This document shows, one piece after another, positions 39,074-52,668 of a stretch of 64,000 nt of DNA (position 1 is the first letter of the stretch; the number at the start of each line of letters is the position of its first letter). The stretch is taken from contig NC_134027.1 in the NCBI RefSeq assembly GCF_964204645.1, positions 3,194,485 through 3,258,484 of the forward strand, given 5' to 3'. The notes under the pieces are model-generated. The model was not told the origin of the DNA and made no database searches. It saw only the letters and a program-made list of their open reading frames with translations. The DNA is from Tubulanus polymorphus (taxonomy: Eukaryota > Animalia > Nemertea). The translations under genes and the position numbers were made by a program.

Positions 39074-39939
39074 AAATATCACCTTGCGGAACCAACTGAT
39101 CATCCACGTATTATCAACATAAATTCTGTCAGTGCGCTCTCTAAACGGCTGAATTGAAATGCATTATGACATGTAATCATAAAATATCAACTAGTTCAAA
39201 GTACATACAAAAGCAAAGGTGCCTACTACTTACGTTCAGATGGTGCTACAAAATCTTCGATTAAGAATATTTTTATGTTGTGTAATTGTATTTGTGTTAA
39301 AAAGCCAGATGATGATGATGGTTGCATAAACTTCAAATGAACAGCACGCATTCATGGATTATCTCATAAACAATCGAACTATACTCGTATATATTTAACA
39401 ACTTAATCAAATGTTTATTGCTGTATTCTTTTGTATTTACACAATTAATGCTTAATGGACATATCATATTTATGTACATGTTTGCTAAGTATCGGTAATA
39501 TAAAAATAAATGCTTTTTCAAATAAAAATCAAGTTCAAAATGGTAGACTAGATTACATAGACCTAAGTATCAAGCCGATCAAAAAATTGGAAACTAGCGA
39601 ATATATGATGACATTATATGCATTTCCCTCAATAGTCATACAAGTACAGTAGACTCTGCTTGCCTTGGATCTCGGACCAATAAATTCTCTCCGAAATATA
39701 CAAATTCCGGTGTAATCAGAGAAGGCTTGGGTCATTATCACACAAATTGGTCAATGTATTTAGAAAATTTGTCATATATTGTCTGGCAGGCAGGTGATAA
39801 TCCGAGGCAATTGACTCCAGGGTAAACAGTCTACTGTATGATGTAAAATCTATGTACAGTTATCGGGTGGATCTTAAAACGTAGAATCTTGCGATCAAAA
39901 AGTTCCTTCATGCACTTACAACTGAATTGCTGGTATCTT

Positions 39940-41641
39940 TTAGGGCAGATTGTTCCAGTTTATCGGTTCTTTTTTCATTTCAGCGAGAAACTCATTGGTC
40001 TTCGAGAAATGTTTACATCCAAAATATCCACGATGCGCTGACAGAGGCGAAGGATGAACACCGGTTAATATGTGGTGTTTTTTCTAAAAATTAAAAATAA
40101 AAGAAATAATCTATGAATTCAATGGGCGGTATTTTGACGTCTAAATACGCCTAACAGAAGAAATCTTAATGTAATTACCTTGTTTATAATAGCACCTTTC
40201 TTTTGCGCGTATGATCCCCACAGTATGAACACAAGTCCTGTACAGCTATTACTCAAATACTTAATAACAGCATCGGTGAACTGCTCCCAGCCTTTATCTT
40301 TGTGAGAATTGGCATTTGCTGCTTTGACGGTTAAAACAGCGTTTAACAATAACACTCCTTGAAAATAGAAATTATAGAAATGGTATTAAAATCAATTTGA
40401 AAATCAACAAAGCTAAAATTATCACTGTCTATTCATGTAACTTGCCTTGCCTAGCCCACCCAGTAAGATCTCCATGATTTGGAATCTCGAAATCAGCGAT
40501 ATCATTCTTCAGTTCCTTGAATATATTAATCAAACTTGGCGGAGCGGAAACACCTTTCTGAACACTAAAACACAAACCTGAAAAAATTTTCATCGAAATG
40601 CAATTTAAGTTTGTGGAGTTCTAGAGAGGAGCTGTGTTAACCTGGTGATAAGTTAACATGAAGAATGATACTAGTTAAGGTTAATTTTATCAAAAGCACT
40701 TGTAGTGAAGGCTATGAATAAAATCTAGTTAACGTACTAAGTACAACCAAGTTACTACTGTCAAATACTTGCAATGAATACATTGGCAATGAGTTTACAA
40801 CTAACCGTGTGCTTGATGTGGTCCATGATATGGATCCTGTCCGAGTATAACGACCTTGACATCGTTAATGTCACTCATCTGTGTCCATGAAAACACTTGG
40901 TTAATCGGAGGATAGACAGTAACTTTCTGTCTTTCTCCTTGAACAAATGAACTTAACTGAAAGCAGAGAATATTTATTGTTTAGAATAATGATATCTTTG
41001 ACGCGGCTCTGTGTTACGTCAATAGATTTGAAATCCTTACTCTTAGGAAGTATGGTTTGGAAAATTCCTTTTCAAGAGCACTGAACCACGATGGGCCTAT
41101 GTTATCAACTAAACCATTGGTTTTCTTCTTGCACATAGTGATTGCAGCTGAAAGTCGATTTTGATCAATTCGCTGTTTTTGCTCCGGGGAAAGAGAGATG
41201 GGTCCACAATTCTCATCACCACTAACATGGTCTGCAGCCTTCCCTTCAGGGGTTGTTGCAGATTTCGATTTGTCTTCATTTCTTTTCTTGTTCTTAGGAG
41301 TTTCAATATTCTATAGAAAATACAATTTTATACAATATTTAAAACACATATGACTTACGTCAATAAATGGTAAGTCATAACATCAATCTCTGAGCCATTG
41401 TTTGTTGCAGGGTTTCCTGGGAATCATTTAAAAGGTGACTTCTTAATCAAAAGTGCTAATAAAAAGCCTTGCAAAGCCGTGTAGCGCATCCACAACAACA
41501 GCAACGGGAGCCTATTTTTAAAATATCACTGTGACTTTTTGCACCAATTATATCAATTATCACCTCAGTAGATGAAAGGCTACGCTTAGCGCTCCGTAAA
41601 GGAGAAAAGAAAGTCGAAATCTTCGATTGACCACTCATCAT
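39940..41641 (-). CDS. UNG: Uracil-DNA glycosylase (nuclear UNG2-type N-terminus)
   Basis: PIP box [13 protein letters not shown]; catalytic motifs [44 protein letters not shown] and HPSPLS; ends INWNNLP*. Confidence 0.96.
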
Positions 41642-41649
41642 ATCTATCG

Positions 41650-41860
41650 ACACTGTCAAGAAACCGGAAATACATGTGGAACTTCCCGCGCGAACCAGCC
41701 TTTCCTGGTCGGAGAATTGAATTGGTCGGAGTAGTCCGTAGTGCGTACCGGACACTGCGCGTGCATGGCACCGTAGAAATTGATATAGCTGTTACTATAT
41801 ATTTTAATTTGTGTTCGGTCACGATCTGATCCAAATCCCTGTATACTTCCGGGTTTCTGG
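41650..41860. promoter_or_regulatory. Shared divergent promoter region of UNG and NPRL2
   Basis: CpG-rich segment with E2F-like TTCCCGCG (41683-41690), ATTGG (41721) and ETS-like CCGGAA / ACTTCCGG (41664, 41845) between head-to-head genes. Confidence 0.55.
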
Positions 41861-42435
41861 TTTCTTGTTGTAATCGTTCATTATTGTATTTTACAGAAAA
41901 ATCCTAAATTCGTTATACATGTATATACCCTTCCCTTAGATTCACCCAGTCCTGGCAGTGGTTGTCTCTGTAGAGATCTCCGTCGCTCTCAATCATGACC
42001 TAAGCTAGGTAACCAAGCAAGGGGAGCAGACACTCACTCAAGCCAGGTTCTTAATCTTGGTGAACCCGGCTTTACTGCCTTAGCCTAGGTTGCGTGATCT
42101 GTGTACAAAATACAAGTTGATTATTATTCCAAAATAACCCTATAGGCCTACTATAGTGTGAAATATTAAAAAAATCATTGACAGTGACGTTGGTTTTGAC
42201 TGGAGCACTGAGGTGCTGGTCATTAAATTAAAGAACCCTCGCTCGGCCTTACACACTTTTGGTACTTGCTGTGATCGTGCATTCATTATGCGACATTTTT
42301 ATCAGTTTTTGATTTCCATGTAGCATAAACCCTGGCGCCTGGTGTTCAACTTCTACAGAACTGTGTTAGTAGTAGAGTTCATAGTCACAAAAGTGCGAAT
42401 GAATCCTGGACCTAGATCTAAAGAGTTGATTGCGA

Positions 42436-45400
42436 ATGATGAAAATGATGGACAAAATAAAGTGTATTTTATTCAGTGAGTTTCATCCGGTAGCTGGTCC
42501 TAAGATCGCGTATCAGGTTAGATATCATCAATGAACTATTAGCAATAGGCTTTCCGTGTGTAAGATGTATCTGTTATTTGTGTATGATTCATTCAGGTAC
42601 CAGAGGATTATATCAGTAAAGAACAGTTTGACGCTGTACATGTTTACATTATAACAAAGCCGGAATTGAAGGATAGAATAATAACAATGTGAGTTTAAAT
42701 TCAAGTGAGCCAGTGATTAACGCGATTAAAGAGTGTTTCACCAATGGTCATTTATACCATCAATGTGATGTGGTTGTTGATTTTTCTTTCTAGTAATGCT
42801 CTGGGCCATAAAATTATTGGTTTTCCAGTATGCATAGATAATCCTAAATATGCAAGGAATGCTCTGATATTCAATCTATGTTTTGTACTGGATGCGAATG
42901 CAAAGACTGTTTGCTATGAATCATTGGTGAAGAAGCTTGGTGGATACCTGACAGCGCTAGAGGTATAGCTGAAATTTGTCTCACTCCAAAACTGCTTCCT
43001 CTTAGAATGAGATATCCTGATTTTCATAAAATCACATAATCACTCTAATGTAGATGGAGACTGGCTTTCTTTCAAATGAAAAATCAAAAGAAACGCTTCC
43101 AGGAATTTTAAAACAAGTTAAAACGGAACTTAATGAATACGGATGTAGTTCTATTCAAATAAGTGAGTTTGATAATACGTGAAATTAGGTTTTTCTATAA
43201 AAATCCAAAACCTTTGAAATTATCTGACAGAACTAGCTATGAAATAATTCGCAATGTTTTGCAAGTAACATTTTTACTGACAATATTATTGTCAGTAAAA
43301 GTGTTACGTCCTTGAACATGCAAAATCCTTGATATCTCGTTGAGACGACCTCCTAAATTCATTGAAACATCTGATCAATTCTTTTAATGCAAAATAGTTG
43401 TATATTAATTCAGTCGGAAAATTCAATGTCTTAGAAATAAAACAGCTGCTGTGTCTTTATATAAATAATCAATGAATACTGGATGAATCTACTCTGGGTG
43501 AAGCCAATTGTATCACTACATGATCTTGGCTTTTTACAGATGAATCAAACATTGTTTACTTGAAAGTTGTCCCAGAAAATAAGTCGCCAGATGAGGTACC
43601 CCTGCACGAGGTGCCAATATTTACTGTAGATAGGTCAATAATCGTCCCCAGTCAGTGGGATCTTACAACTCAGCAGGTATCTTGTATTCAATAAATTCTC
43701 TGATATTTAAAAACTCGTAGATACAACTAATCTCAAAATCTCAATATTATGAAAACACTTGCATCGTTCATATAGTAATGTCTGAAATTTAATGTCTGAA
43801 TGTTTTTTTTTTGTGAATAACAGATATTACCGTTCATCGATGGTTTCAATCACTTGTCCAGAATAGCAGCTGAGGCCGACATGGAAATCAATATCGTGAA
43901 AGCATGTATCAGAAATCTACTGTAAGTTTAGTAGATAATCATTTAGATTTTGTTTGACTTTTGATTAAGAAAACTGTTTGTACATGTACATAGTATTGAT
44001 TTCTGCAAACCTAACATAAAGTAAAATGCATTTGTGAAAGTGTGAACTGAATAAATATCTTTCCAGATGAATTTCAAATCTAATAATTCTTGAGTGACTT
44101 AAACGGTTTATTTATAAAATACTAGAATATTTCGGGTGGTTTCTTCCACCCGTCTAGTCTAAAATCCTATGTCAAATAAATACACAGTTATTAAGTAAGA
44201 TACGTCGAATCACTAGTGTACTAGGACTAGAGTACTGACGTATTTTGAAAGGAGTTCATTATGAAATGAATTATTTCAAAATCTAGAATTTGCTTCAACA
44301 AATATCATTCCCATGTTCTAAGTTCAATTAAAAAATCTGTTTGTGTAGACCTCTTCCTAAGATCTCATTTCCCTTTTAATAATTTCGTTGATGTAAATGA
44401 TCCTGACTGCCCCCACTGCGATGAAATCCAATCGACTTAACATTTCCCTTTTCAGTGTCAAGAACCTGCCCTTCAGCTACAACTATTTCCAAACAATCTC
44501 TCAGAAAGACCTATACATGTAGTTGAATCCACTTTGATTTGTACTCCCTCTGATTCCCTAGTCCTCATAACCTAACTATGCAGTGATTTGTATCTTATTT
44601 TAGACTAAGGAAGGGTGGTAGGAACCACCGAAATATTTCTAGTATTTTTAAATGAACCTTCAACAATTCTGAGATTTTACATTTATTGTTCCATCACGGA
44701 TATTGTGATCCGCTGATTCATCTTTGCAGATACTACGATGTTATTAAGTTGATATCAATATTCCAGGTATGAGTGTCCACTTTACTTGCAGTCAATCATT
44801 GTGACAATAAATGGTGGTATTTTTTTGTATTCATTGCCCGTTTAATAATTGTAGTATTCAAATCAATATGCAGCAACGCCACATTTACATAAACTCACCG
44901 AAGACAAACAAATGCAACTGGAATGCATTAAGTTTGTTGCTAAGCAAGGTACGAAAAACTCATAAGTAATAACCAGCACTTAATCATGAAGCGGTAAATG
45001 AATTTCGTGACCTTTCGTTGATTTAAAGAACAGATTATTTGATTCGCTTGATCAATGACAAGTACACGTGTTACTTGAGCGGATAGCCTCGAGTAGTGAA
45101 ATTGAACAATTTCGAAAAAAGCCTGACACACGCTTTAGACAGCAAATATGATAATATGATGAATATTTGTATATGTATTTTCAGGAAGAATTTTACCAGG
45201 GTTTCATGATGTATTTATGTTGTATTGCGGTCTTATTCCGGGTACAACTGTCAGGGACTTGTGTTCAAGATGTAATCCACACAGCCTCAGAGTTGATGAA
45301 AGGTATATATATATTATTACAACTCGATTTAAGATTTGTAAGATGTGACTTCAATGTCCTATGGTATTACACTGATGATATGATAATATGATACGTGCAT

Positions 45401-47704
45401 CTTACCATCTTATCAATTTTCTGCGCCGAACATCAGATCCGATTTCCGTGTAGATTTGAAATGTAGAAGCTAAAGGTTAATGGCAGATTCTGTCGTATTA
45501 TCTTCTGAACCATTCAACATAAATGCTTGGTTAAATAATTCTTCAGATATTTCATTGTTGACATAAGTAGATAGCTGATATGTGCATTAAAAACCTTCTA
45601 AATGTTGACGAAGAATTCAAAAGTTTTATAATGACAAAGTTTCCAAGACTTTGTGATCCTTTGAAAATATGAAGGATAGATTTTGATGCCACGCGATGTG
45701 TAAAGCAAGGCCCCCGGGCGTATTTCACTAATCCTTTTTTCAAATAAATCCAGTGTATACTTAACAGCAGATGGATGGTACATCGGAGTTCAGCCATCTC
45801 TATCACAAGTATCCATCGGGTTTTTATCATAAAACTAGAAATATTTTATAACAAATCAAATAAAGGGTCATTTTACTGGTCATTCTATTGCTTTGTCATT
45901 GTATCCGAATGCAAGTTTAAATTGATGAAAATACAATTGATATAAGGTTAAGGTTTGTACCGTCACCGGGTTAATTCTAGAGCGAGTTTTAAAGAATGAT
46001 TTAAAGATGATGATAACACATTGCTGGTGAAAGTTTATTGAATATATGATTATAATAGTGAATACATTTTGAAAATTAGATGCAAAAAGGGGGGAATGGA
46101 TGAGTGAAATTTCTCAAAGGAAAGTTAACGTTTTATGTATTGAGAGATGATTGAAATAAGTTTATCGTAAGGGTAAAAAACTGTTGCGGAGATTAACGTA
46201 GTTCAAGATAGCATATTTTGTTCTATTGTTACTGCACGGACGTCTTGTTTCAAAGGTTATCTTTATCTATTCTTCCAGTACGAGTCAAACGTTTTTTGAG
46301 TCGAGACAATAATTTTCCCACCTTCGCCGGATCGTATATGTGATACAGGTGTCACAGCCCACGAAGGTTTAGATTAAGCGGGAATCAAAATGTCAGAGGT
46401 TTCAGATGAATGCATGAATTATGACCTGCTCCAAGTCGCCATCACACGGATCAGACCCGAGTCAAATTTAGCCGCTAAATTAGTGTGGTTTTTTCGGATT
46501 AATCGTGTCCATCTCGAAGTGTGCTTCCTAAAACCTTCGTGAAATCTCAGCCAGATTCATTTTGATCCTAAGATTGGGATTAACTTTGTTATTTATTTGA
46601 TTATTTGATTGGTAGATTCGCGTTCCTTCCGAACCCACACCTGCCAGGAGCGACACAGGGTCTTTGATTTTGAAATCGGAAATCGAAATACAGATATATT
46701 TATGTGATTGGCGGTAGAATTTACAATTGGAAATTTCGGTTTCGGTTCATTCAAACAATCTTTCAACCCGATTGAACCGGCAAGCGACTGATGTCTCTTT
46801 GTTGGCTGCCTAATTTAAGGTTGAAGATTTTTATATTTTTGGTCTATATGAAACGAACATCGAAAGTCCGAAAGATTAATGTAATTTATTCTCGTGTATA
46901 TGTTGATGTAGAAGTCCTCTCATTCATTATAAAAGCACCTTTTATATCATCAAGCTAGATATCCCCCCTTATATCATCAAGCTAGATATTCCCCGATCGC
47001 GTTGAGGTCACTTCTACGTTCCATTTTGCAGTGAAATGAAACTAACACTTCACTTAACCTTATATACGATGCCATTTTGTTACTGAAAAAGCCAAGTTTA
47101 CTCGTTTATATTCTATTTCGTAGGAAGCTGATACAGTTTGGTTTGATAAAAAACGTCATTCGTCGACTGCATAAATACCCGATAAAGCTGCCGAATGAAT
47201 CGGGTTCGAGTAGACTGCGTAATCTATACCGGTGGTTTAATGGTATTCACAGTGTTGATGAGATATGCTGTGAAACGGGTTAGCAAAATATCAAAACTAT
47301 TTTCAATCATGATATTGATAGATTTAATTATTATGATTTAATCGTCACAATACTTTCCCAATTAACCGATGATTCCTGTAATGTTTATCGTCAAAGTCTC
47401 CGAATCTCTGGTATCTCTCGTTTGTATTTCAATTTCTAGCCATCTGAAAATGGCATTTCTTCAAGATTTGATGGATGACAAAATTGATGATACGCCTTTC
47501 CTTTTTGATTCAGCTGATTCAATATTTCCAAACAACAGTTCAGAAAAAATATTATAATATACATGCGTAGGATGTAAAAGAGAACTGAAACCTAACAGAA
47601 GATTTTAACGACGTATTTTCTTTCAATTTTATTTAGGTCTCAGTTTTCAGGAACTGGATGATAAAATCGAAAGTGATCCAAGTATAGTGGTTTGTCTAAA
47701 GTGA
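42436..47704 (+). CDS. NPRL2: GATOR1 complex subunit NPRL2 (multi-exon)
   Basis: [91 protein letters not shown]...IRRLHKYP and DEICCETG; TGA at 47702-47704. The start is one of four clustered ATGs (42436-42448). Confidence 0.96.
44105..44658. mobile_element. Retroelement relic with inverted hammerhead-like arms (family B) enclosing a CCHC zinc-knuckle fragment
   Basis: Imperfect inverted repeat 44105-44165 / 44597-44658. The right arm reads TTAGA-CTAAGGA-A-GGGTGGT[agga]ACCACC-GAAA-TATT-TCTAG. Interior 44402-44461 translates [19 protein letters not shown]. Confidence 0.6.
45470..46730 (+). pseudogene. Decayed paralog of the 52.7-54.3 kb secreted-protein gene, nested in an NPRL2 intron
   Basis: Collinear anchors: [12 protein letters not shown] (45607) vs NEELTFLVTKL (52768); FQINP (45738) vs FQRNP (52861); AAAGGGTCA (45862 vs 52932); YNSEYI (46051) vs YNRDYI (53179); strong nucleotide block 46633-46698 vs 53851-53911. 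Many stops and frameshifts. Confidence 0.65.
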
Positions 47705-48062
47705 AATATCGGAACTCGCAATTCCTTGGATATTCTCTATGAACATTCTCTAAATCGCGATGTTTCAATTGCGAGATATTGAGGACTAATCGGTAAAAAG
47801 TGGTCCACAATTTCATAGGGCAAAACGAATATCAGATGTAGAACAGGAGCTACCCGGGACTACATAACCTTGTGTTTTGCATTGTCAGTTGCAATTGCTG
47901 CGCATGATTTATTTCAAACGAACTCAGTGGGAAACTAATGGCGTACCGAAACTCCGAATAAAGATTCTGACAATTTTTCAATGATGGCCTCATGTTTTTT
48001 TTTGCAAATTTCCTTCTCGGTTTATCATTGATAAAGCATATGCGAGGTGTGGATTTAATATA

Positions 48063-48170
48063 ACGTGGAACCTCGTTACAACCAGCTTCAAGGACAAGAA
48101 AATAATATCCTAGGTTTGTAATGAACCGATGAATCGTTATACCAGAGGTCGTTTTAACGAGGTTTCACTG
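48063..48170. mobile_element. Tc1/mariner (pogo/Tigger-like) MITE remnant
   Basis: GTGGAACCTCGTTACAAC ... GTTTTAACGAGGTTTCACTG followed by TA. Confidence 0.65.
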
Positions 48171-48683
48171 TACATGTATATACACAACGTGAAATTGATC
48201 TGTATCTTACTGACCATTTACTGTCACATTTCAATTGATGCCTTTTGGACATTGTGTTTGAATATCGGCATAGTTAAACAAAATGTAACAAATACGTTTA
48301 TGAAAAACACTTCTAAAAGGATTTTATTATACAGACGAATATGCTGTAAGTGTTAGTGGACGGACTGGAAGAAAGTCCAAAATTACGCTCCAGGGAGTGC
48401 TGCAATAGCGATTAACATGTAAATCTTTCATCGATGGCTGGTAAAAGGAAACAATCTTAGTGCAGAACGGAAAAAGTGGCGTCATCGGTACAGCTCTCGT
48501 TTTCCTCATGCAAAATGTCAAACACATGTCATTTCTAAGAAATCCTAACAATGGGAGCATGAGAGTACACGTTCGAATTGTCTTCCCGGTTCAAACATTT
48601 TTGGTTAAGTTATAATAGATGCGCCAATATTCCCATGATTCATTGTAGAACACACTTACAGATGTAGCGCCACAATGATGCAG

Positions 48684-48768
48684 TCCTTCGGCAGGGATTC
48701 GAACCTGATGGCATCGGGATTGCCACGGTACGAATCCCTGCTATCAGGTTCGAATCCCTGCCGTAGGA
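48684..48768. repeat. Hairpin made of tRNA/SINE B-box sequence on both strands
   Basis: Perfect 21-bp inverted repeat CGGCAGGGATTCGAACCTGAT (48689-48709) / ATCAGGTTCGAATCCCTGCCG (48743-48763); a third partial copy CGAATCCCTGC lies in the loop. Confidence 0.7.
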
Positions 48769-49649
48769 GGATGCAATGATGCGTACGTTATTACTTTGAT
48801 CAATTAGAATAAACGCGCAAAAAAATCCATTCTTGTTTATTTCCGTCGAAATTCGCATTTCACATCTGTTCCGCACGAGAGACAACTTTGATGATACTTC
48901 AGACTATTACGAACATTGATAAGCAAAACTTCATTGAATTAATGACAGATCCTCAAACTGATCTGCAAGTTTTAGATTGTTTAATGAAACTGTTAATCTA
49001 TGATCAAGTGGACGGACGGATATAATCTTCACCGCAATAAATTTGATGTCGACGGATTATATTCTTACACGACTATAAGAAACCTCGGCTTCCAATGATC
49101 GAATCTCAGGTTCTATACCAATAAGTGATATGGTGGCAGTTGGATTTCAGTTAGCGAACGTAGAATATTACGTGGCGTGGGTGGTGTATAGTACCGCGTT
49201 AGGTGACAACTACTCGGTCAACAGTTTGTGTAAGGTGCTGTTGGAAGCTGTGTGCCAAACTATGGACATCTATAGGTTTCGAGCTGATCATTAAATTCCA
49301 GAGACGTTTGGATGATTGTTTCCCCTAAAGGTAAGTAATTTGATGGCTAGAAACGTTTTTAAGATTTCGATATGATCTGCTTTTATCAAAATTAACTTAA
49401 ATTTTCAGATTTTAATTAGGTTTTAATTACAACTTAAAAATAATCTTAAATACAGATTTACGACTTTTTAGATTTATAGAATATACTTAGACGTGTTTTT
49501 TTATACATAAAGGGAAATATTACACTCTTGAAAATCGACAAATTATATAGAAATATTTATTGATGCGAATCGAGTGTTGTTTGGATTGATCAATTTTGTA
49601 GTTATGAATGTTGTATGGCAACTTGATACGATCGACGGCCTCGATGTTG

Positions 49650-49923
49650 GACGAGACACGGGCGTTTTTGGCCCGGAACAACGTTTCACGGGGGCCAAAT
49701 GGGCCAAGGTATCTGGTTTGGGCCGGGCCAGATTTTTCACGGGACAAATTATTGCGTGTGAATTGCTACCCGAGTTTCCGGATGTGACTCACTTCGCTTT
49801 GTTTAAACATTATTTAGTACCGAGTGAGGGGTATGCGTGTGAACGCGCACGGGCCAAATTTGACTAGGGCCTGATCCGGGCCAGTTTTGCCCGGGCCACA
49901 TCGTCTCCGTGTGATTGCGCTTA
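49650..49923. mobile_element. GC-rich MITE fragment (Harbinger-like end)
   Basis: Repeated CACGGG/GGGCCA/GGCCCGG motifs in both orientations; the right end is ...CGTCTCCGTGTGATTGCGC|TTA and the left terminus is degraded. Confidence 0.5.
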
Positions 49924-52668
49924 TTTTCTCATCTCTTTGCTATTTGGACCCTTTCATAATGATACAATTGAAAAGAACTTCCATCATTTCCATTGTTAAT
50001 ATCGAAAATGCAAATGCAAATGTCAACTTATGTATCGTAATTTGAGAGATATTTTAACTTTTAAATGTTTTCATCGTCGCCGTCAGATAACTACGTTAAA
50101 ATCAGTGTCAATACTCCACCCACGACGAATAGACTTCCCTCGGCAAAATATCGATGCAAACAAACGTAGTAACCGAACTAATCCTGACGAAAAATAGTCT
50201 CTCAGCAAATACAAAGACGTTCTGACGAATAATGTATATCTAGTTAGCGACGTTTGTGTACCGGAGTTTTTACGGCAATTTTATCTGTTATGAAGAATGC
50301 ATCTATTTCAACGTAGGATAGTATATAAAACAAAGCATAAAATAACAGTATATCGCAGTGTTTTATGACGAGATTATTCTTTCTTATTTGTTAGAATCTG
50401 TGCGCTGTGTTTGTTTGTCTCATAAACTGATTTTACCAGTTGCATTTGCCAGACGAAGTGATGATATGGGCGTCATAAAAAGTTTGCTCTGCGTTATTGA
50501 ATTGATTTGTTAGTGTGAAGAGTTTGAATTGTTAATGGGTTTCTGCTCATAACGCGGATGAGGAGTTCCGTGTTTCATGTTTCATTTGATTACTTTTGAG
50601 ATTCTTTTGCGATATCAATGTCAATTTTGGCAATTGATGATGGGATAGAAAGGTATTAATCTGTATTGCGTAGGAGCGGTTCAAATCAAAATAGACTAAC
50701 ATAAAACTTCTCAAAATCAAGCTCATTTTCATTACTGTTCTTTTTCGTGAGGATGAATTATTGCTACCAAAAAACACAACAAACCATTTGCCAAACCTAC
50801 CTAATTAGGACTTGTTGACTACTTGACTACTATGTTGAACTTTGGAAATTTGGAGAAACCCGGTAGCGTCGTCAGGAACAAGATTTTCGTCGTGCGTATT
50901 AACATTGTTGGTTGATTATTATGTCTTACTATTCAACTTGTTGACGACTGTTTACTAAATCAAATTATGAAAACCCTCAAGTTTTCCGACTATTTTCATC
51001 ATCATGAGACATGCGCCTAAACTTCGTTAAGAGACGACATGCGCCGGTCCCAGTTGGCGTATTTCTATGGCTGCACACCCATGCCTCTAGATAAATTCTC
51101 TTGTTTTGGTACGATGTAATTCAGTATGCCTATTTTCTGCTGAGTCACCTTAAATCAGTTGCCAGTTTTTATGTTCAGCTATACGTATATATATATATGT
51201 TTTCAATGAAAATGAAAACTCATCTTTCTCGGAAATTCAATTGTTTTTCAAACAGATCGTTATTAATTGCCGTAAAGTAAATACAATTAATCGTTTTATC
51301 TTGTTTATTTGCATGATTTAGTTTTTTAGGTTTTTCACAAACGACTGAAAGTCATTAGTTTTATTTTACTAATGCTCTCCATAGAAATAGTTTTATAAAT
51401 CGCACTTGAGCGTCGCGTGAGATTGACGTAAAGTAACGACCTGATTTCGATACTTCAGGACTAGATAGTCACCAACCGACAGTGATTTTCTCAGAATAAT
51501 GGTTCTATTTTCCCTGCGCGCCTGAAATGCGTATTCTGTTTCATATTTGTGCAAAAATCGTAAACCGTTTCGTCTGAGTTGACGCGATTGTTCGAATTAA
51601 TGAGCGTGTTTAAGAGCGCACACGTAGGCGTATCAGTGAATATCTCGGTTGTCCCTGGAGTCAAGCGATCGCTTGCTCTCGTTTCACATGAGATAGTTTC
51701 TTCGTTTTTACCTGGCGTCTGAACTAACTCCATTATCATTGACGGTCACGCTTTGCTATAGCGGATAAATCGTAAAGGCCCGAGTTAACGACGCCGATTA
51801 CCAACCAATCAACAGATCCGAACCGGAAGGTTGACTTAATAACCACTTTTTATGAGAAAATTGTTTGACATTTTTGGCCATAAACGTCCATCTGAACGCT
51901 ATTTTCCTTCGACCTGAGTGCTGACATTAAGTCCCCTTTTTATCGCCAAGTAATTGTTCTCGAGAATATATTAAGGTACAGATTATTTGTGATTGATCAT
52001 CTAGAACAACAGCGATTGAAGTTACACGCATTTCCATTGAATAATCAACCCTAATTCTTTTCTGGATCTCTTCGCTACTGACATCATTTATCATCAGAAT
52101 CGAAACATAAATAAATCGGGGATGATTTATTCAATATCAAATATATCTGTGTAGTATTTCGACGGAAATGGAATTTCTTATCAACTCATCATTTGTTATT
52201 TTCCCCGATTGCAGACAAAGCCAATTGACGGCTTCCATATTTGTTTTTCATTTTACTAATGCTCCCAATATTTATTTCAGCAGAAACCCGACAAGTCGAA
52301 AAAACCTCCGACAGAGAGTATTTATATACTGGATAAGTGAGAACAAGACATTGTTAGAGTAAATCTCGTCTCTTTCCGCACGAATCACGGTATTATTAAC
52401 AAGTTTCGGAGAAACTCTTTCCAAGTATTCCGTGCGATGACGCGCGCCTACATGCAATGAAACATATCGCAGAACAAATGAATCTAAATGAAAGAATCTC
52501 AACTAAATGACAACACCTCTTCGTTGAACCATTTCGTCAATGATTAGTTCCGTATTCCGTATGCATTTAGCAACTAGTTGATTATTACGATCATTGCATT
52601 GAATTAATTATTTGCTGCGGTACGGTAATGACTGTTGCACATTACTGTTCTTACTCTCCAGGACCGCT

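Noticed and set aside
41312-41562. Alternative mitochondrial UNG1 first exon in intron 1
   Set aside because: A GTAAGT donor exists, but the ATG-initiated frames hit stops before it and no in-phase targeting peptide could be built.
46595-46730. Minus-strand ISVFRFP...[10 protein letters not shown] resembling a THAP domain
   Set aside because: It lacks the N-terminal CxxxxC and the C-terminal CSxHF, and is better explained as antisense of the paralogous block at 53.85-53.91 kb.
46938-46995. Two tandem copies of TTATATCATCAAGCTAGATAT.CCCC
   Set aside because: A simple local duplication in an intron with no further structure.
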